Shown here in pieces: positions 11,701 to 25,600 of a DNA stretch of 64,000 nt. The stretch comes from the human T2T-CHM13v2.0 reference genome, Homo sapiens. The translations under genes and the position numbers were made by a program. Positions within the stretch are counted from its first letter, which is position 1. Each line of letters opens with the position of its first letter. Below the pieces are notes generated by a model that did not search any database, was not told the origin of the DNA, and saw only the letters and a program-made list of their open reading frames with translations. The stretch is from assembly GCF_009914755.1 (NCBI RefSeq), contig NC_060944.1. One strand, written 5' to 3'.

Positions 11701-13937
11701 AAGAGGATATTTGGATAGCTTTGAGGATTTCTTGGGAAACGGGAATGTCTTCAGATAAACTCTAGACAGAAGCATTCTCAGAAAGTTCTTTGGGATGTTT
11801 CAATTGAAGTCACAGTGTTGAACATTCCCTTTCACAGAGCAGGTTTGAAACACTCTTTTTGTAGTGTCTATAAGTGAACATTTGGCGTGCTTTCAGGCCT
11901 AACGTGAAAAAGGAAATATCTTCCCATAAAAACTAGACAGAAGCATTCTCAGAAACTTGTTCGTGATGTGTGCCCTCTACTGACAGAGTTGAACCTTTCT
12001 TTGCAAAGAGCAGCTTTGAAACACACTTTTTGTAGAATCTGCAAGAGGATATTTGGATAGCTTGGAGGATTTCGTTGGAAACGGGTATGTCTTCAGATAA
12101 ACTCTAGACAGAAGCATTCTCAGAAACTTCTTTGGGATGTTGCATTCAAGTCACAGAGTAGAACATTCCCATTCATAGAGCAGATTTGAAACACTCTTTT
12201 TGTAGTATCTGGAAGTGGACATTTGGAGCGCTTTCAGGCCTATGTTGAAAAAGGAAATATCTTCCCATAAAAACTAGACGGAAGCATTCTCAGAAACTTA
12301 TTTGTGATGTGTTTGCTCAACTAACAGGATTGAACCATCGTTTTGAAGGAGCAGTTTTGAAACACTGTTTTCGTGGAATCTGCAAGTGGATATTTGGCTA
12401 GCTTTGAGGATTTCGTTGGAAACGGGATTACATATAAAAAGGAGACAGCAGCATTCTCAGAAACTTCTTTGTGATGTCTGCATTCAAGTCACAGAGTTGA
12501 GCATTCCCTTTCATAGAGCAGGTTGGAAACACTCTTTTTGTAGTATCTGGATGAGGACATTTGGAGCGCTTTCAGGCGTATGGTGAAAAAGGAAATATCT
12601 TCCCGTAAAAACTAGACAGAAGCATTCTCAGAAGTTTATTTGTGATGTGTGCCCTCAACTAACAGAGTTGAACCTTTCTTTTGATAGAGCAGTTTTGAAA
12701 CACTCTTTTTGTAAAATCTGCAAGAGGATATTTGGATAGCTTTGAGGATTTCGTTGCAAACGGGAATGGCTTCATATAAACTCTAGACAGAAGCATTCTC
12801 AGAAACTTCGTTGGGATGTTTCGATTGAAGTCCCAGTGTTGAACATTCCCTTTTATAGAGCAGGTTGGAAACACTCTTTCTGCATTCCCTGGAAGTGGAC
12901 ATTTGGAGCGCTTTCAGGACGACGGTGAAAATGGAAATATCTTCCAAGAAAATCTAGATAGAAGCAATGTCAGAAACTTTTATGTGATGGATCTACTCAG
13001 CTAACAGAGTTGAACCTTTCTTTTGAGAGAGCAGTTTTGCAACACTCTTTTTGTGGAATATGCAAGTGGATATTAGGGCAGCTTTGAGGATTTCGTTGGA
13101 AACGGGAATACATGTAAAAAGCAGACAGCAGCATTCTCAGAAACTTCTTTGTGATGTTTGCATTGAAGTCACAGAGTTGAACATTCCCTTTGAGAGAGCA
13201 GGTTTGAAACACGCCTTTTGTCATATCTGGAAGTGTCCATTCGGAGCGCATTCAGGCTTGTGTTGAAAAAGGAAATATCCTCCCATAAAAACTAGACAGA
13301 AGCATTCTCAGAAACTTATCTGTGATGTATGTACTCAACTAACAGAACTAAACCATCGTTTTGAAGGAGCAGTTTTGAAACACTCTTTTTGCGGAATCTG
13401 CAAGTGGATATTTGGCTAGCTGGGAGGATTTCGTTGGAAACGGGATTACATACAAAAAGCAGACAGCAGCATTCTCAGAAACTTCTTTGTGATGTTTGCA
13501 TTCAAGTCACAGAGTTGAACATTCCCTTTCATAGAGCAGGTTTGAAACACTCTTTTTGTAGTATCTGGATGTGGACATTTGGATCGCTTTCAGGCCTATG
13601 GTGAAAAAGGAAATATCTTCCCATGAAAACTAGACAGAAGCATTCTCAGAAACTTATTTGTGATGTGTGCCCTCAACTGACAGTGTTGAACCTTTGTTTT
13701 GATAGAGCAGTTCTGAAACACACTTTTTGTAAAATCTGCAAGAGGATATTTGGATAGCTTTGAGGATTTCGTTGGAAACGGGAATGTCTTCATGTAAACT
13801 CTAGACAGAAGCATTCTCAGAAACTGCTTTGGGATGTTTCAATTGAAGTCCCAGTGTTGAACATTCCCTTTCATAGAGCAGGTTTGAAACACTCTTTTTG
13901 TACTATCTGGAAGTGGACATTTGGAGCGCTTTCAGGT

Positions 13938-16655
13938 CTACGGTGAAAAAGGAGATATCTTCCAATAAAAACTAGATAGAAGCAATGTCAGAACTTTTTT
14001 CATGATGTATCTACTCAGCAAACAGAGTTGAACCTTTCTTTTGAGAGAGCAGTTTTGAAACACTCTTTTGTGGAATATGCAAGTGGGTATTAGGCCAGCT
14101 TGGAGGATTTCGTTGGAAACGGGAATACGTATAAAAAGCAGACAGCAGCATTGTCAGAAACTACTTTGTGATGTTTGCATTCAAGTCACAGAATTGAACA
14201 CTCCCTTTCACAGAGCAGGTTTGAAACACTCTTTTTGTAGTGTCTGTAAGTGAACATTTGGATTGCTTTCAGGCCTAAGGTGAAAAAGGAAATATCTTCC
14301 CATAAAAACTAGACAGAAGCATTCTCAGAAACTTGTTTGTGATGTGTGCCCTCTACTGACAGAGTTGAACCTTTCTTTGCAAAGAGCAGTTTTGAAACAC
14401 TCTTTTTGTAGAATCTGCAAGAGGATATTTGGATAGCTTTGAGGATTTCTTGGGAAACGGGAATGTCTTCAGATAAACTCTAGACAGAAGCATTCTCAGA
14501 AACTTCTTTGGGATGTTTCAATTGAAGTCACAGTGTTGAACATTCCCTTTCACAGAGCCGGTTTGAAACACTCTTTTTGTAGTGTCTATAAGTGAACATT
14601 TGGCGTGCTTTCAGGCCTAACGTGAAAAAGGAAATATCTTCCCATAAAAACTAGACAGAAGCATTCTCAGAAACTTGTTCTTGATGTGTCCCCTCTACTG
14701 ACAGAGTTGAACCTTTCTTTGCAAAGAGCAGCTTTGAAACACTCTTTTTGTAGAATCTGCAAGAGGATATTTGGATAGCTTGGAGGATTTCGTTGGAAAC
14801 GGGTATGTCTTCAGATAAACTCTAGACAGAAGCATTCTCAGAAACTTCTTTGGGATGTTGCATTCAAGTCACAGAGTAGAACATTCCCATTCATAGAGCA
14901 GATTTGAAACACTCTTTTTGTGGTATCTGGAAGTGGACATTTGGAGCGCTTTCAGGCCTATGTTGAAAAAGGAAATATCTTCCCATAAAAACTAGACGGA
15001 AGCATTCTCAGAAACTTATTTGTGATGTGTTTGCTCAACTAACAGGATTGAACCATCGTTTTGAAGGAGCAGTTTTGAAACACTGTTTTCGTGGAATCTG
15101 CAAGTGGATATTTGGCTAGCTTTGAGGATTTTGTTGGAAACGGGATTACATATACAAAGGAGACAGCAGCATTCTCAGAAACTTCTTTGTGATGTCTGCA
15201 TTCAATTCACAGAGTTGAGCATTCCCTTTCATAGAGCAGGTTGGAAACACTCTTTTTGTAGTATCTGGATGAGGACATTTGGAGCGCTTTCAGGCGTATG
15301 GTGAAAAAGGAAATATCTTCCCGTAAAAACTAGACAGAAGCATTCTCAGAAGTTTATTTGTGATGTGTGCCCTCAACTAACAGAGTTGAACCTTTCTTTT
15401 GATAGAGCAGTTTTGAAACACTCTTTTTGTAAAATCTGCAAGAGGATATTTGGATAGCTTTGAGGATTTCGTTGCAAACGGGAATGGCTTCATATAAACT
15501 CTAGACAGAAGCATTCTCAGAAACTTCGTTGGGATGTTTCGATTGAAGTCCCAGTGTTGAACATTCCCTTTTATAGAGCAGGTTGGAAACACTCTTTCTG
15601 CATTCCCTGGAAGTGGACATTTGGAGCGCTTTCAGGACGACGGTGAAAATGGAAATATCTTCCAAGAAAATCTAGATAGAAGCAATGTCAGAAACTTTTA
15701 TGTGATGGATCTACTCAGCTAACAGAGTTGAACCTTTCTTTTGAGAGAGCAGTTTTGCAACACTCTTTTTGTGGAATATGCAAGTGGATATTAGGGCAGC
15801 TTTGAGGATTTCGTTGGAAACGGGAATACATGTAAAAAGCAGACAGCAGCATTCTCAGAAACTTCTTTGTGATGTTTGCATTGAAGTCACAGAGTTGAAC
15901 ATTCCCTTTGAGAGAGCAGGTTTGAAACACGCCTTTTGTCATATCTGGAAGTGTCCATTCGGAGCGCATTCAGGCTTGTGTTGAAAAAGGAAATATCCTC
16001 CCATAAAAACTAGACAGAAGCATTCTCAGAAACTTATCTGTGATGTATGTACTCAACTAACAGAACTAAACCATCGTTTTGAAGGAGCAGTTTTGAAACA
16101 CTCTTTTTGCGGAATCTGCAAGTGGATATTTGGCTAGCTGGGAGGATTTCGTTGGAAACGGGATTACATACAAAAAGCAGACAGCAGCATTCTCAGAAAC
16201 TTCTTTGTGATGTTTGCATTCAAGTCACAGAGTTGAACATTCCCTTTCATAGAGCAGGTTTGAAACACTCTTTTTGTAGTATCTGGATGTGGACATTTGG
16301 ATCGCTTTCAGGCCTATGGTGAAAAAGGAAATATCTTCCCATGAAAACTAGACAGAAGCATTCTCAGAAACTTATTCGTGATGTGTGCCCTCAACTGACA
16401 GTGTTGAACCTTTGTTTTGATAGAGCAGTTCTGAAACACACTTTTTGTAAAATCTGTAAGAGGATATTTGGATAGCTTTGAGGATTTCGTTGGAAACGGG
16501 AATGTCTTCATGTAAACTCTAGACAGAAGCATTCTCAGAAACTGCTTTGGGATGTTTCAATTGAAGTCCCAGTGTTGAACATTCCCATTCATAGAGCAGG
16601 TTTGAAACACTCTTTTTGTACTATCTGGAAGTGGACATTTGGAGCGCTTTCAGGT
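13938..16655 (+). repeat. 16-mer HOR U6 with a 1-bp deletion (2718 bp)
   Basis: The T-run at 14066-14069 has 4 T (CACTCTTTTGTGG) versus 5 T in other copies. Confidence 0.85.
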
Positions 16656-19600
16656 CTACGGTGAAAAAGGAGATATCTTCCAATAAAAACTAGATAGAAG
16701 CAATGTCAGAACTTTTTTCATGATGTATCTACTCAGCAAACAGAGTTGAACCTTTCTTTTGAGAGAGCAGTTTTGAAACACTCTTTTTGTGGAATATGCA
16801 AGTGGGTATTAGGCCAGCTTGGAGGATTTCGTTGGAAACGGGAATACGTATAAAAAGCAGACAGCAGCATTGTCAGAAACTACTTTGTGATGTTTGCATT
16901 CAAGTCACAGAATTGAACACTCCCTTTCACAGAGCAGGTTTGAAACACTCTTTTTGTAGTGTCTGTAAGTGAACATTTGGATTGCTTTCAGGCCTAAGGT
17001 GAAAAAGGAAATATCTTCCCATAAAAACTAGACAGAAGCATTCTCAGAAACTTGTTTGTGATGTGTGCCCTCTACTGACAGAGTTGAACCTTTCTTTGCA
17101 AAGAGCAGTTTTGAAACACTCTTTTTGTAGAATCTGCAAGAGGATATTTGGATAGCTTTGAGGATTTCTTGGGAAACGGGAATGTCTTCAGATAAACTCT
17201 AGACAGAAGCATTCTCAGAAACTTCTTTGGGATGTTTCAATTGAAGTCACAGTGTTGAACATTCCCTTTCACAGAGCAGGTTTGAAACACTCTTTTTGTA
17301 GTGTCTATAAGTGAACATTTGGCGTGCTTTCAGGCCTAACGTGAAAAAGGAAATATCTTCCCATAAAAACTAGACAGAAGCATTCTCAGAAACTTGTTCT
17401 TGATGTGTGCCCTCTACTGACAGAGTTGAACCTTTCTTTGCAAAGAGCAGCTTTGAAACACTCTTTTTGTAGAATCTGCAAGAGGATATTTGGATAGCTT
17501 GGAGGATTTCGTTGGAAACGGGTATGTCTTCAGATAAACTCTAGACAGAAGCATTCTCAGAAACTTCTTTGGGATGTTGCATTCAAGTCACAGAGTAGAA
17601 CATTCCCATTCATAGAGCAGATTTGAAACACTCTTTTTGTAGTATCTGGAAGTGGACATTTGGAGCGCTTTCAGGCCTATGTTGAAAAAGGAAATATCTT
17701 CCCATAAAAACTAGACGGAAGCATTCTCAGAAACTTATTTGTGATGTGTTTGCTCAACTAACAGGATTGAACCATCGTTTTGAAGGAGCAGTTTTGAAAC
17801 ACTGTTTTCGTGGAATCTGCAAGTGGATATTTGGCTAGCTTTGAGGATTTCGTTGGAAACGGGATTACATATACAAAGGAGACAGCAGCATTCTCAGAAA
17901 CTTCTTTGTGATGTCTGCATTCAATTCACAGAGTTGAGCATTCCCTTTCATAGAGCAGGTTGGAAACACTCTTTTTGTAGTATCTGGATGAGGACATTTG
18001 GAGCGCTTTCAGGCGTATGGTGAAAAAGGAAATATCTTCCCGTAAAAACTAGACAGAAGCATTCTCAGAAGTTTATTTGTGATGTGTGCCCTCAACTAAC
18101 AGAGTTGAACCTTTCTTTTGATAGAGCAGTTTTGAAACACTCTTTTTGTAAAATCTGCAAGAGGATATTTGGATAGCTTTGAGGATTTCGTTGCAAACGG
18201 GAATGGCTTCATATAAACTCTAGACAGAAGCATTCTCAGAAACTTCGTTGGGATGTTTCGATTGAAGTCCCAGTGTTGAACATTCCCTTTTATAGAGCAG
18301 GTTGGAAACACTCTTTCTGCATTCCCTGGAAGTGGACATTTGGAGCGCTTTCAGGACGACGGTGAAAATGGAAATATCTTCCAAGAAAATCTAGATAGAA
18401 GCAATGTCAGAAACTTTTATGTGATGGATCTACTCAGCTAACAGAGTTGAACCTTTCTTTTGAGAGAGCAGTTTTGCAACACTCTTTTTGTGGAATATGC
18501 AAGTGGATATTAGGGCAGCTTTGAGGATTTCGTTGGAAACGGGAATACATGTAAAAAGCAGACAGCAGCATTCTCAGAAACTTCTTTGTGATGTTTGCAT
18601 TGAAGTCACAGAGTTGAACATTCCCTTTGAGAGAGCAGGTTTGAAACACGCCTTTTGTCATATCTGGAAGTGTCCATTCGGAGCGCATTCAGGCTTGTGT
18701 TGAAAAAGGAAATATCCTCCCATAAAAACTAGACAGAAGCATTCTCAGAAACTTATCTGTGATGTATGTACTCAACTAACAGAACTAAACCATCGTTTTG
18801 AAGGAGCAGTTTTGAAACACTCTTTTTGCGGAATCTGCAAGTGGATATTTGGCTAGCTGGGAGGATTTCGTTGGAAACGGGATTACATACAAAAAGCAGA
18901 GAGCAGCATTCTCAGAAACTTCTTTGTGATGTTTGCATTCAAGTCACAGAGTTGAACATTCCCTTTCATAGAGCAGGTTTGAAACACTCTTTTTGTAGTA
19001 TCTGGATGTGGACATTTGGATCGCTTTCAGGCCTATGGTGAAAAAGGAAATATCTTCCCATGAAAACTAGACAGAAGCATTCTCAGAAACTTATTTGTGA
19101 TGTGTGCCCTCAACTGACAGTGTTGAACCTTTGTTTTGATAGAGCAGTTCTGAAACACACTTTTTGTAAAATCTGCAAGAGGATATTTGGATAGCTTTGA
19201 GGATTTCGTTGGAAACGGGAATGTCTTCATGTAAACTCTAGACAGAAGCATTCTCAGAAACTGCTTTGGGATGTTTCAATTGAAGTCCCAGTGTTGAACA
19301 TTCCCATTCATAGAGCAGGTTTGAAACACTCTTTTTGTACTATCTGGAAGTGGACATTTGGAGCGCTTTCAGGTCTACGGTGAAAAAGGAGATATCTTCC
19401 AATAAAAACTAGATAGAAGCAATGTCAGAACTTTTTTCATGATGTATCTACTCAGCAAACAGAGTTGAACCTTTCTTTTGAGAGAGCAGTTTTGAAACAC
19501 TCTTTTTGTGGAATATGCAAGTGGGTATTAGGCCAGCTTGGAGGATTTCGTTGGAAACGGGAATACGTATAAAAAGCAGACAGCAGCATTGTCAGAAACT

Positions 19601-22600
19601 ACTTTGTGATGTTTGCATTCAAGTCACAGAATTGAACACTCCCTTTCACAGAGCAGGTTTGAAACACTCTTTTTGTAGTGTCTGTAAGTGAACATTTGGA
19701 TTGCTTTCAGGCCTAAGGTGAAAAAGGAAATATCTTCCCATAAAAACTAGACAGAAGCATTCTCAGAAACTTGTTTGTGATGTGTGCCCTCTACTGACAG
19801 AGTTGAAACTTTCTTTGCAAAGAGCAGTTTTGAAACACTCTTTTTGTAGAATCTGCAAGAGGATATTTGGATAGCTTTGAGGATTTCTTGGGAAACGGGA
19901 ATGTCTTCAGATAAACTCTAGACAGAAGCATTCTCAGAAAGTTCTTTGGGATGTTTCAATTGAAGTCACAGTGTTGAACATTCCCTTTCACAGAGCAGGT
20001 TTGAAACACTCTTTTTGTAGTGTCTATAAGTGAACATTTGGCGTGCTTTCAGGCCTAACGTGAAAAAGGAAATATCTTCCCATAAAAACTAGACAGAAGC
20101 ATTCTCAGAAACTTGTTCGTGATGTGTGCCCTCTACTGACAGAGTTGAACCTTTCTTTGCAAAGAGCAGCTTTGAAACACACTTTTTGTAGAATCTGCAA
20201 GAGGATATTTGGATAGCTTGGAGGATTTCGTTGGAAACGGGTATCTCTTCAGATAAACTCTAGACAGAAGCATTCTCAGAAACTTCTTTGGGATGTTGCA
20301 TTCAAGTCACAGAGTAGAACATTCCCATTCATAGAGCAGATTTGAAACACTCTTTTTGTAGTATCTGGAAGTGGACATTTGGAGCGCTTTCAGGCCTATG
20401 TTGAAAAAGGAAATATCTTCCCATAAAAACTAGACGGAAGCATTCTCAGAAACTTATTTGTGATGTGTTTGCTCAACTAACAGGATTGAACCATCGTTTT
20501 GAAGGAGCAGTTTTGAAACACTGTTTTCGTGGAATCTGCAAGTGGATATTTGGCTAGCTTTGAGGATTTCGTTGGAAACGGGATTACATATAAAAAGGAG
20601 ACAGCAGCATTCTCAGAAACTTCTTTGTGATGTCTGCATTCAAGTCACAGAGTTGAGCATTCCCTTTCATAGAGCAGGTTGGAAACACTCTTTTTGTAGT
20701 ATCTGGATGAGGACATTTGGAGCGCTTTCAGGCGTATGGTGAAAAAGGAAATATCTTCCCGTAAAAACTAGACAGAAGCCTTCTCAGAAGTTTATTTGTG
20801 ATGTGTGCCCTCAACTAACAGAGTTGAACCTTTCTTTTGATAGAGCAGTTTTGAAACACTCTTTTTGTAAAATCTGCAAGAGGATATTTGGATAGCTTTG
20901 AGGATTTCGTTGCAAACGGGAATGGCTTCATATAAACTCTAGACAGAAGCATTCTCAGAAACTTCGTTGGGATGTTTCGATTGAAGTCCCAGTGTTGAAC
21001 ATTCCCTTTTATAGAGCAGGTTGGAAACACTCTTTCTGCATTCCCTGGAAGTGGACATTTGGAGCGCTTTCAGGACGACGGTGAAAATGGAAATATCTTC
21101 CAAGAAAATCTAGATAGAAGCAATGTCAGAAACTTTTATGTGATGGATCTACTCAGCTAACAGAGTTGAACCTTTCTTTTGAGAGAGCAGTTTTGCAACA
21201 CTCTTTTTGTGGAATATGCAAGTGGATATTAGGGCAGCTTTGAGGATTTCGTTGGAAACGGGAATACATGTAAAAAGCAGACAGCAGCATTCTCAGAAAC
21301 TTCTTTGTGATGTTTGCATTGAAGTCACAGAGTTGAACATTCCCTTTGAGAGAGCAGGTTTGAAACACGCCTTTTGTCATATCTGGAAGTGTCCATTCGG
21401 AGCGCATTCAGGCTTGTGTTGAAAAAGGAAATATCCTCCCATAAAAACTAGACAGAAGCATTCTCAGAAACTTATCTGTGATGTATGTACTCAACTAACA
21501 GAACTAAACCATCGTTTTGAAGGAGCAGTTTTGAAACACTCTTTTTGCGGAATCTGCAAGTGGATATTTGGCTAGCTGGGAGGATTTCGTTGGAAACGGG
21601 ATTACATACAAAAAGCAGACAGCAGCATTCTCAGAAACTTCTTTGTGATGTTTGCATTCAAGTCACAGAGTTGAACATTCCCTTTCATAGAGCAGGTTTG
21701 AAACACTCTTTTTGTAGTATCTGGATGTGGACATTTGGATCGCTTTCAGGCCTATGGTGAAAAAGGAAATATCTTCCCATGAAAACTAGACAGAAGCATT
21801 CTCAGAAACTTATTTGTGATGTGTGCCCTCAACTGACAGTGTTGAACCTTTGTTTTGATAGAGCAGTTCTGAAACACACTTTTTGTAAAATCTGCAAGAG
21901 GATATTTGGATAGCTTTGAGGATTTCGTTGGAAACGGGAATGTCTTCATGTAAACTCTAGACAGAAGCATTCTCAGAAACTGCTTTGGGATGTTTCAATT
22001 GAAGTCCCAGTGTTGAACATTCCCTTTCATAGAGCAGGTTTGAAACACTCTTTTTGTACTATCTGGAAGTGGACATTTGGAGCGCTTTCAGGTCTACGGT
22101 GAAAAAGGAGATATCTTCCAATAAAAACTAGATAGAAGCAATGTCAGAACTTTTTTCATGATGTATCTACTCAGCAAACAGAGTTGAACCTTTCTTTTGA
22201 GAGAGCAGTTTTGAAACACTCTTTTTGTGGAATATGCAAGTGGGTATTAGGCCAGCTTGGAGGATTTCGTTGGAAACGGGAATACGTATAAAAAGCAGAC
22301 AGCAGCATTGTCAGAAACTACTTTGTGATGTTTGCATTCAAGTCACAGAATTGAACACTCCCTTTCACAGAGCAGGTTTGAAACACTCTTTTTGTAGTGT
22401 CTGTAAGTGAACATTTGGATTGCTTTCAGGCCTAAGGTGAAAAAGGAAATATCTTCCCATAAAAACTAGACAGAAGCATTCTCAGAAACTTGTTTGTGAT
22501 GTGTGCCCTCTACTGACAGAGTTGAACCTTTCTTTGCAAAGAGCAGTTTTGAAACACTCTTTTTGTAGAATCTGCAAGAGGATATTTGGATAGCTTTGAG

Positions 22601-25600
22601 GATTTCTTGGGAAACGGGAATGTCTTCAGATAAACTCTAGACAGAAGCATTCTCAGAAACTTCTTTGGGATGTTTCAATTGAAGTCACAGTGTTGAACAT
22701 TCCCTTTCACAGAGCAGGTTTGAAACACTCTTTTTGTAGTGTCTATAAGTGAACATTTGGCGTGCTTTCAGGCCTAACGTGAAAAAGGAAATATCTTCCC
22801 ATAAAAACTAGACAGAAGCATTCTCAGAAACTTGTTCTTGATGTGTGCCCTCTACTGACAGAGTTGAACCTTTCTTTGCAAAGAGCAGCTTTGAAACACT
22901 CTTTTTGTAGAATCTGCAAGAGGATATTTGGATAGCTTGGAGGATTTCGTTGGAAACGGGTATGTCTTCAGATAAACTCTAGACAGAAGCATTCTCAGAA
23001 ACTTCTTTGGGATGTTGCATTCAAGTCACAGAGTAGAACATTCCCATTCATAGAGCAGATTTGAAACACTCTTTTTGTGGTATCTGGAAGTGGACATTTG
23101 GAGCGCTTTCAGGCCTATGTTGAAAAAGGAAATATCTTCCCATAAAAACTAGACGGAAGCATTCTCAGAAACTTATTTGTGATGTGTTTGCTCAACTAAC
23201 AGGATTGAACCATCGTTTTGAAGGAGCAGTTTTGAAACACTGTTTTCGTGGAATCTGCAAGTGGATATTTGGCTAGCTTTGAGGATTTCGTTGGAAACGG
23301 GATTACATATAAAAAGGAGACAGCAGCATTCTCAGAAACTTCTTTGTGATGTCTGCATTCAATTCACAGAGTTGAGCATTCCCTTTCATAGAGCAGGTTG
23401 GAAACACTCTTTTTGTAGTATCTGGATGAGGACATTTGGAGCGCTTTCAGGCGTATGGTGAAAAAGGAAATATCTTCCCGTAAAAACTAGACAGAAGCAT
23501 TCTCAGAAGTTTATTTGTGATGTGTGCCCTCAACTAACAGAGTTGAACCTTTCTTTTGATAGAGCAGTTTTGAAACACTCTTTTTGTAAAATCTGCAAGA
23601 GGATATTTGGATAGCTTTGAGGATTTCGTTGCAAACGGGAATGGCTTCATATAAACTCTAGACAGAAGCATTCTCAGAAACTTCGTTGGGATGTTTCGAT
23701 TGAAGTCCCAGTGTTGAACATTCCCTTTTATAGAGCAGGTTGGAAACACTCTTTCTGCATTCCCTGGAAGTGGACATTTGGAGCGCTTTCAGGACGACGG
23801 TGAAAATGGAAATATCTTCCAAGAAAATCTAGATAGAAGCAATGTCAGAAACTTTTATGTGATGGATCTACTCAGCTAACAGAGTTGAACCTTTCTTTTG
23901 AGAGAGCAGTTTTGCAACACTCTTTTTGTGGAATATGCAAGTGGATATTAGGGCAGCTTTGAGGATTTCGTTGGAAACGGGAATACATGTAAAAAGCAGA
24001 CAGCAGCATTCTCAGAAACTTCTTTGTGATGTTTGCATTGAAGTCACAGAGTTGAACATTCCCTTTGAGAGAGCAGGTTTGAAACACGCCTTTTGTCATA
24101 TCTGGAAGTGTCCATTCGGAGCGCATTCAGGCTTGTGTTGAAAAAGGAAATATCCTCCCATAAAAACTAGACAGAAGCATTCTCAGAAACTTATCTGTGA
24201 TGTATGTACTCAACTAACAGAACTAAACCATCGTTTTGAAGGAGCAGTTTTGAAACACTCTTTTTGCGGAATCTGCAAGTGGATATTTGGCTAGCTGGGA
24301 GGATTTCGTTGGAAACGGGATTACATACAAAAAGCAGAGAGCAGCATTCTCAGAAACTTCTTTGTGATGTTTGCATTCAAGTCACAGAGTTGAACATTCC
24401 CTTTCATAGAGCAGGTTTGAAACACTCTTTTTGTAGTATCTGGATGTGGACATTTGGATCGCTTTCAGGCCTATGGTGAAAAAGGAAATATCTTCCCATG
24501 AAGACTAGACAGAAGCATTCTCAGAAACTTATTTGTGATGTGTGCCCTCAACTGACAGTGTTGAACCTTTGTTTTGATAGAGCAGTTCTGAAACACACTT
24601 TTTGTAAAATCTGCAAGAGGATATTTGGATAGCTTTGAGGATTTCGTTGGAAACGGGAATGTCTTCATGTAAACTCTAGACAGAAGCATTCTCAGAAACT
24701 GCTTTGGGATGTTTCAATTGAAGTCCCAGTGTTGAACATTCCCTTTCATAGAGCAGGTTTGAAACACTCTTTTTGTACTATCTGGAAGTGGACATTTGGA
24801 GCGCTTTCAGGTCTACGGTGAAAAAGGAGATATCTTCCAATAAAAACTAGATAGAAGCAATGTCAGAACTTTTTTCATGATGTATCTACTCAGCAAACAG
24901 AGTTGAACCTTTCTTTTGAGAGAGCAGTTTTGAAACACTCTTTTTGTGGAATATGCAAGTGGGTATTAGGCCAGCTTGGAGGATTTCGTTGGAAACGGGA
25001 ATACGTATAAAAAGCAGACAGCAGCATTGTCAGAAACTACTTTGTGATGTTTGCATTCAAGTCACAGAATTGAACACTCCCTTTCACAGAGCAGGTTTGA
25101 AACACTCTTTTTGTAGTGTCTGTAAGTGAACATTTGGATTGCTTTCAGGCCTAACGTGAAAAAGGAAATATCTTCCCATAAAAACTAGACAGAAGCATTC
25201 TCAGAAACTTGTTTGTGATGTGTGCCCTCTACTGACAGAGTTGAACCTTTCTTTGCAAAGAGCAGTTTTGAAACACTCTTTTTGTAGAATCTGCAAGAGG
25301 ATATTTGGATAGCTTTGAGGATTTCTTGGGAAACGGGAATGTCTTCAGATAAACTCTAGACAGAAGCATTCTCAGAAACTTCTTTGGGATGTTTCAATTG
25401 AAGTCACAGTGTTGAACATTCCCTTTCACAGAGCAGGTTTGAAACACTCTTTTTGTAGTGTCTATAAGTGAACATTTGGCGTGCTTTCAGGCCTAACGTG
25501 AAAAAGGAAATATCTTCCCATAAAAACTAGACAGAAGCATTCTCAGAAACTTGTTCTTGATGTGTCCCCTCTACTGACAGAGTTGAACCTTTCTTTGCAA

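Noticed and set aside
14061-14072. 1-bp deletion in U6 as a meaningful variant
   Set aside because: It is a single-copy homopolymer shortening (T5 to T4), a typical slippage or sequencing error, so it is recorded as a feature only.
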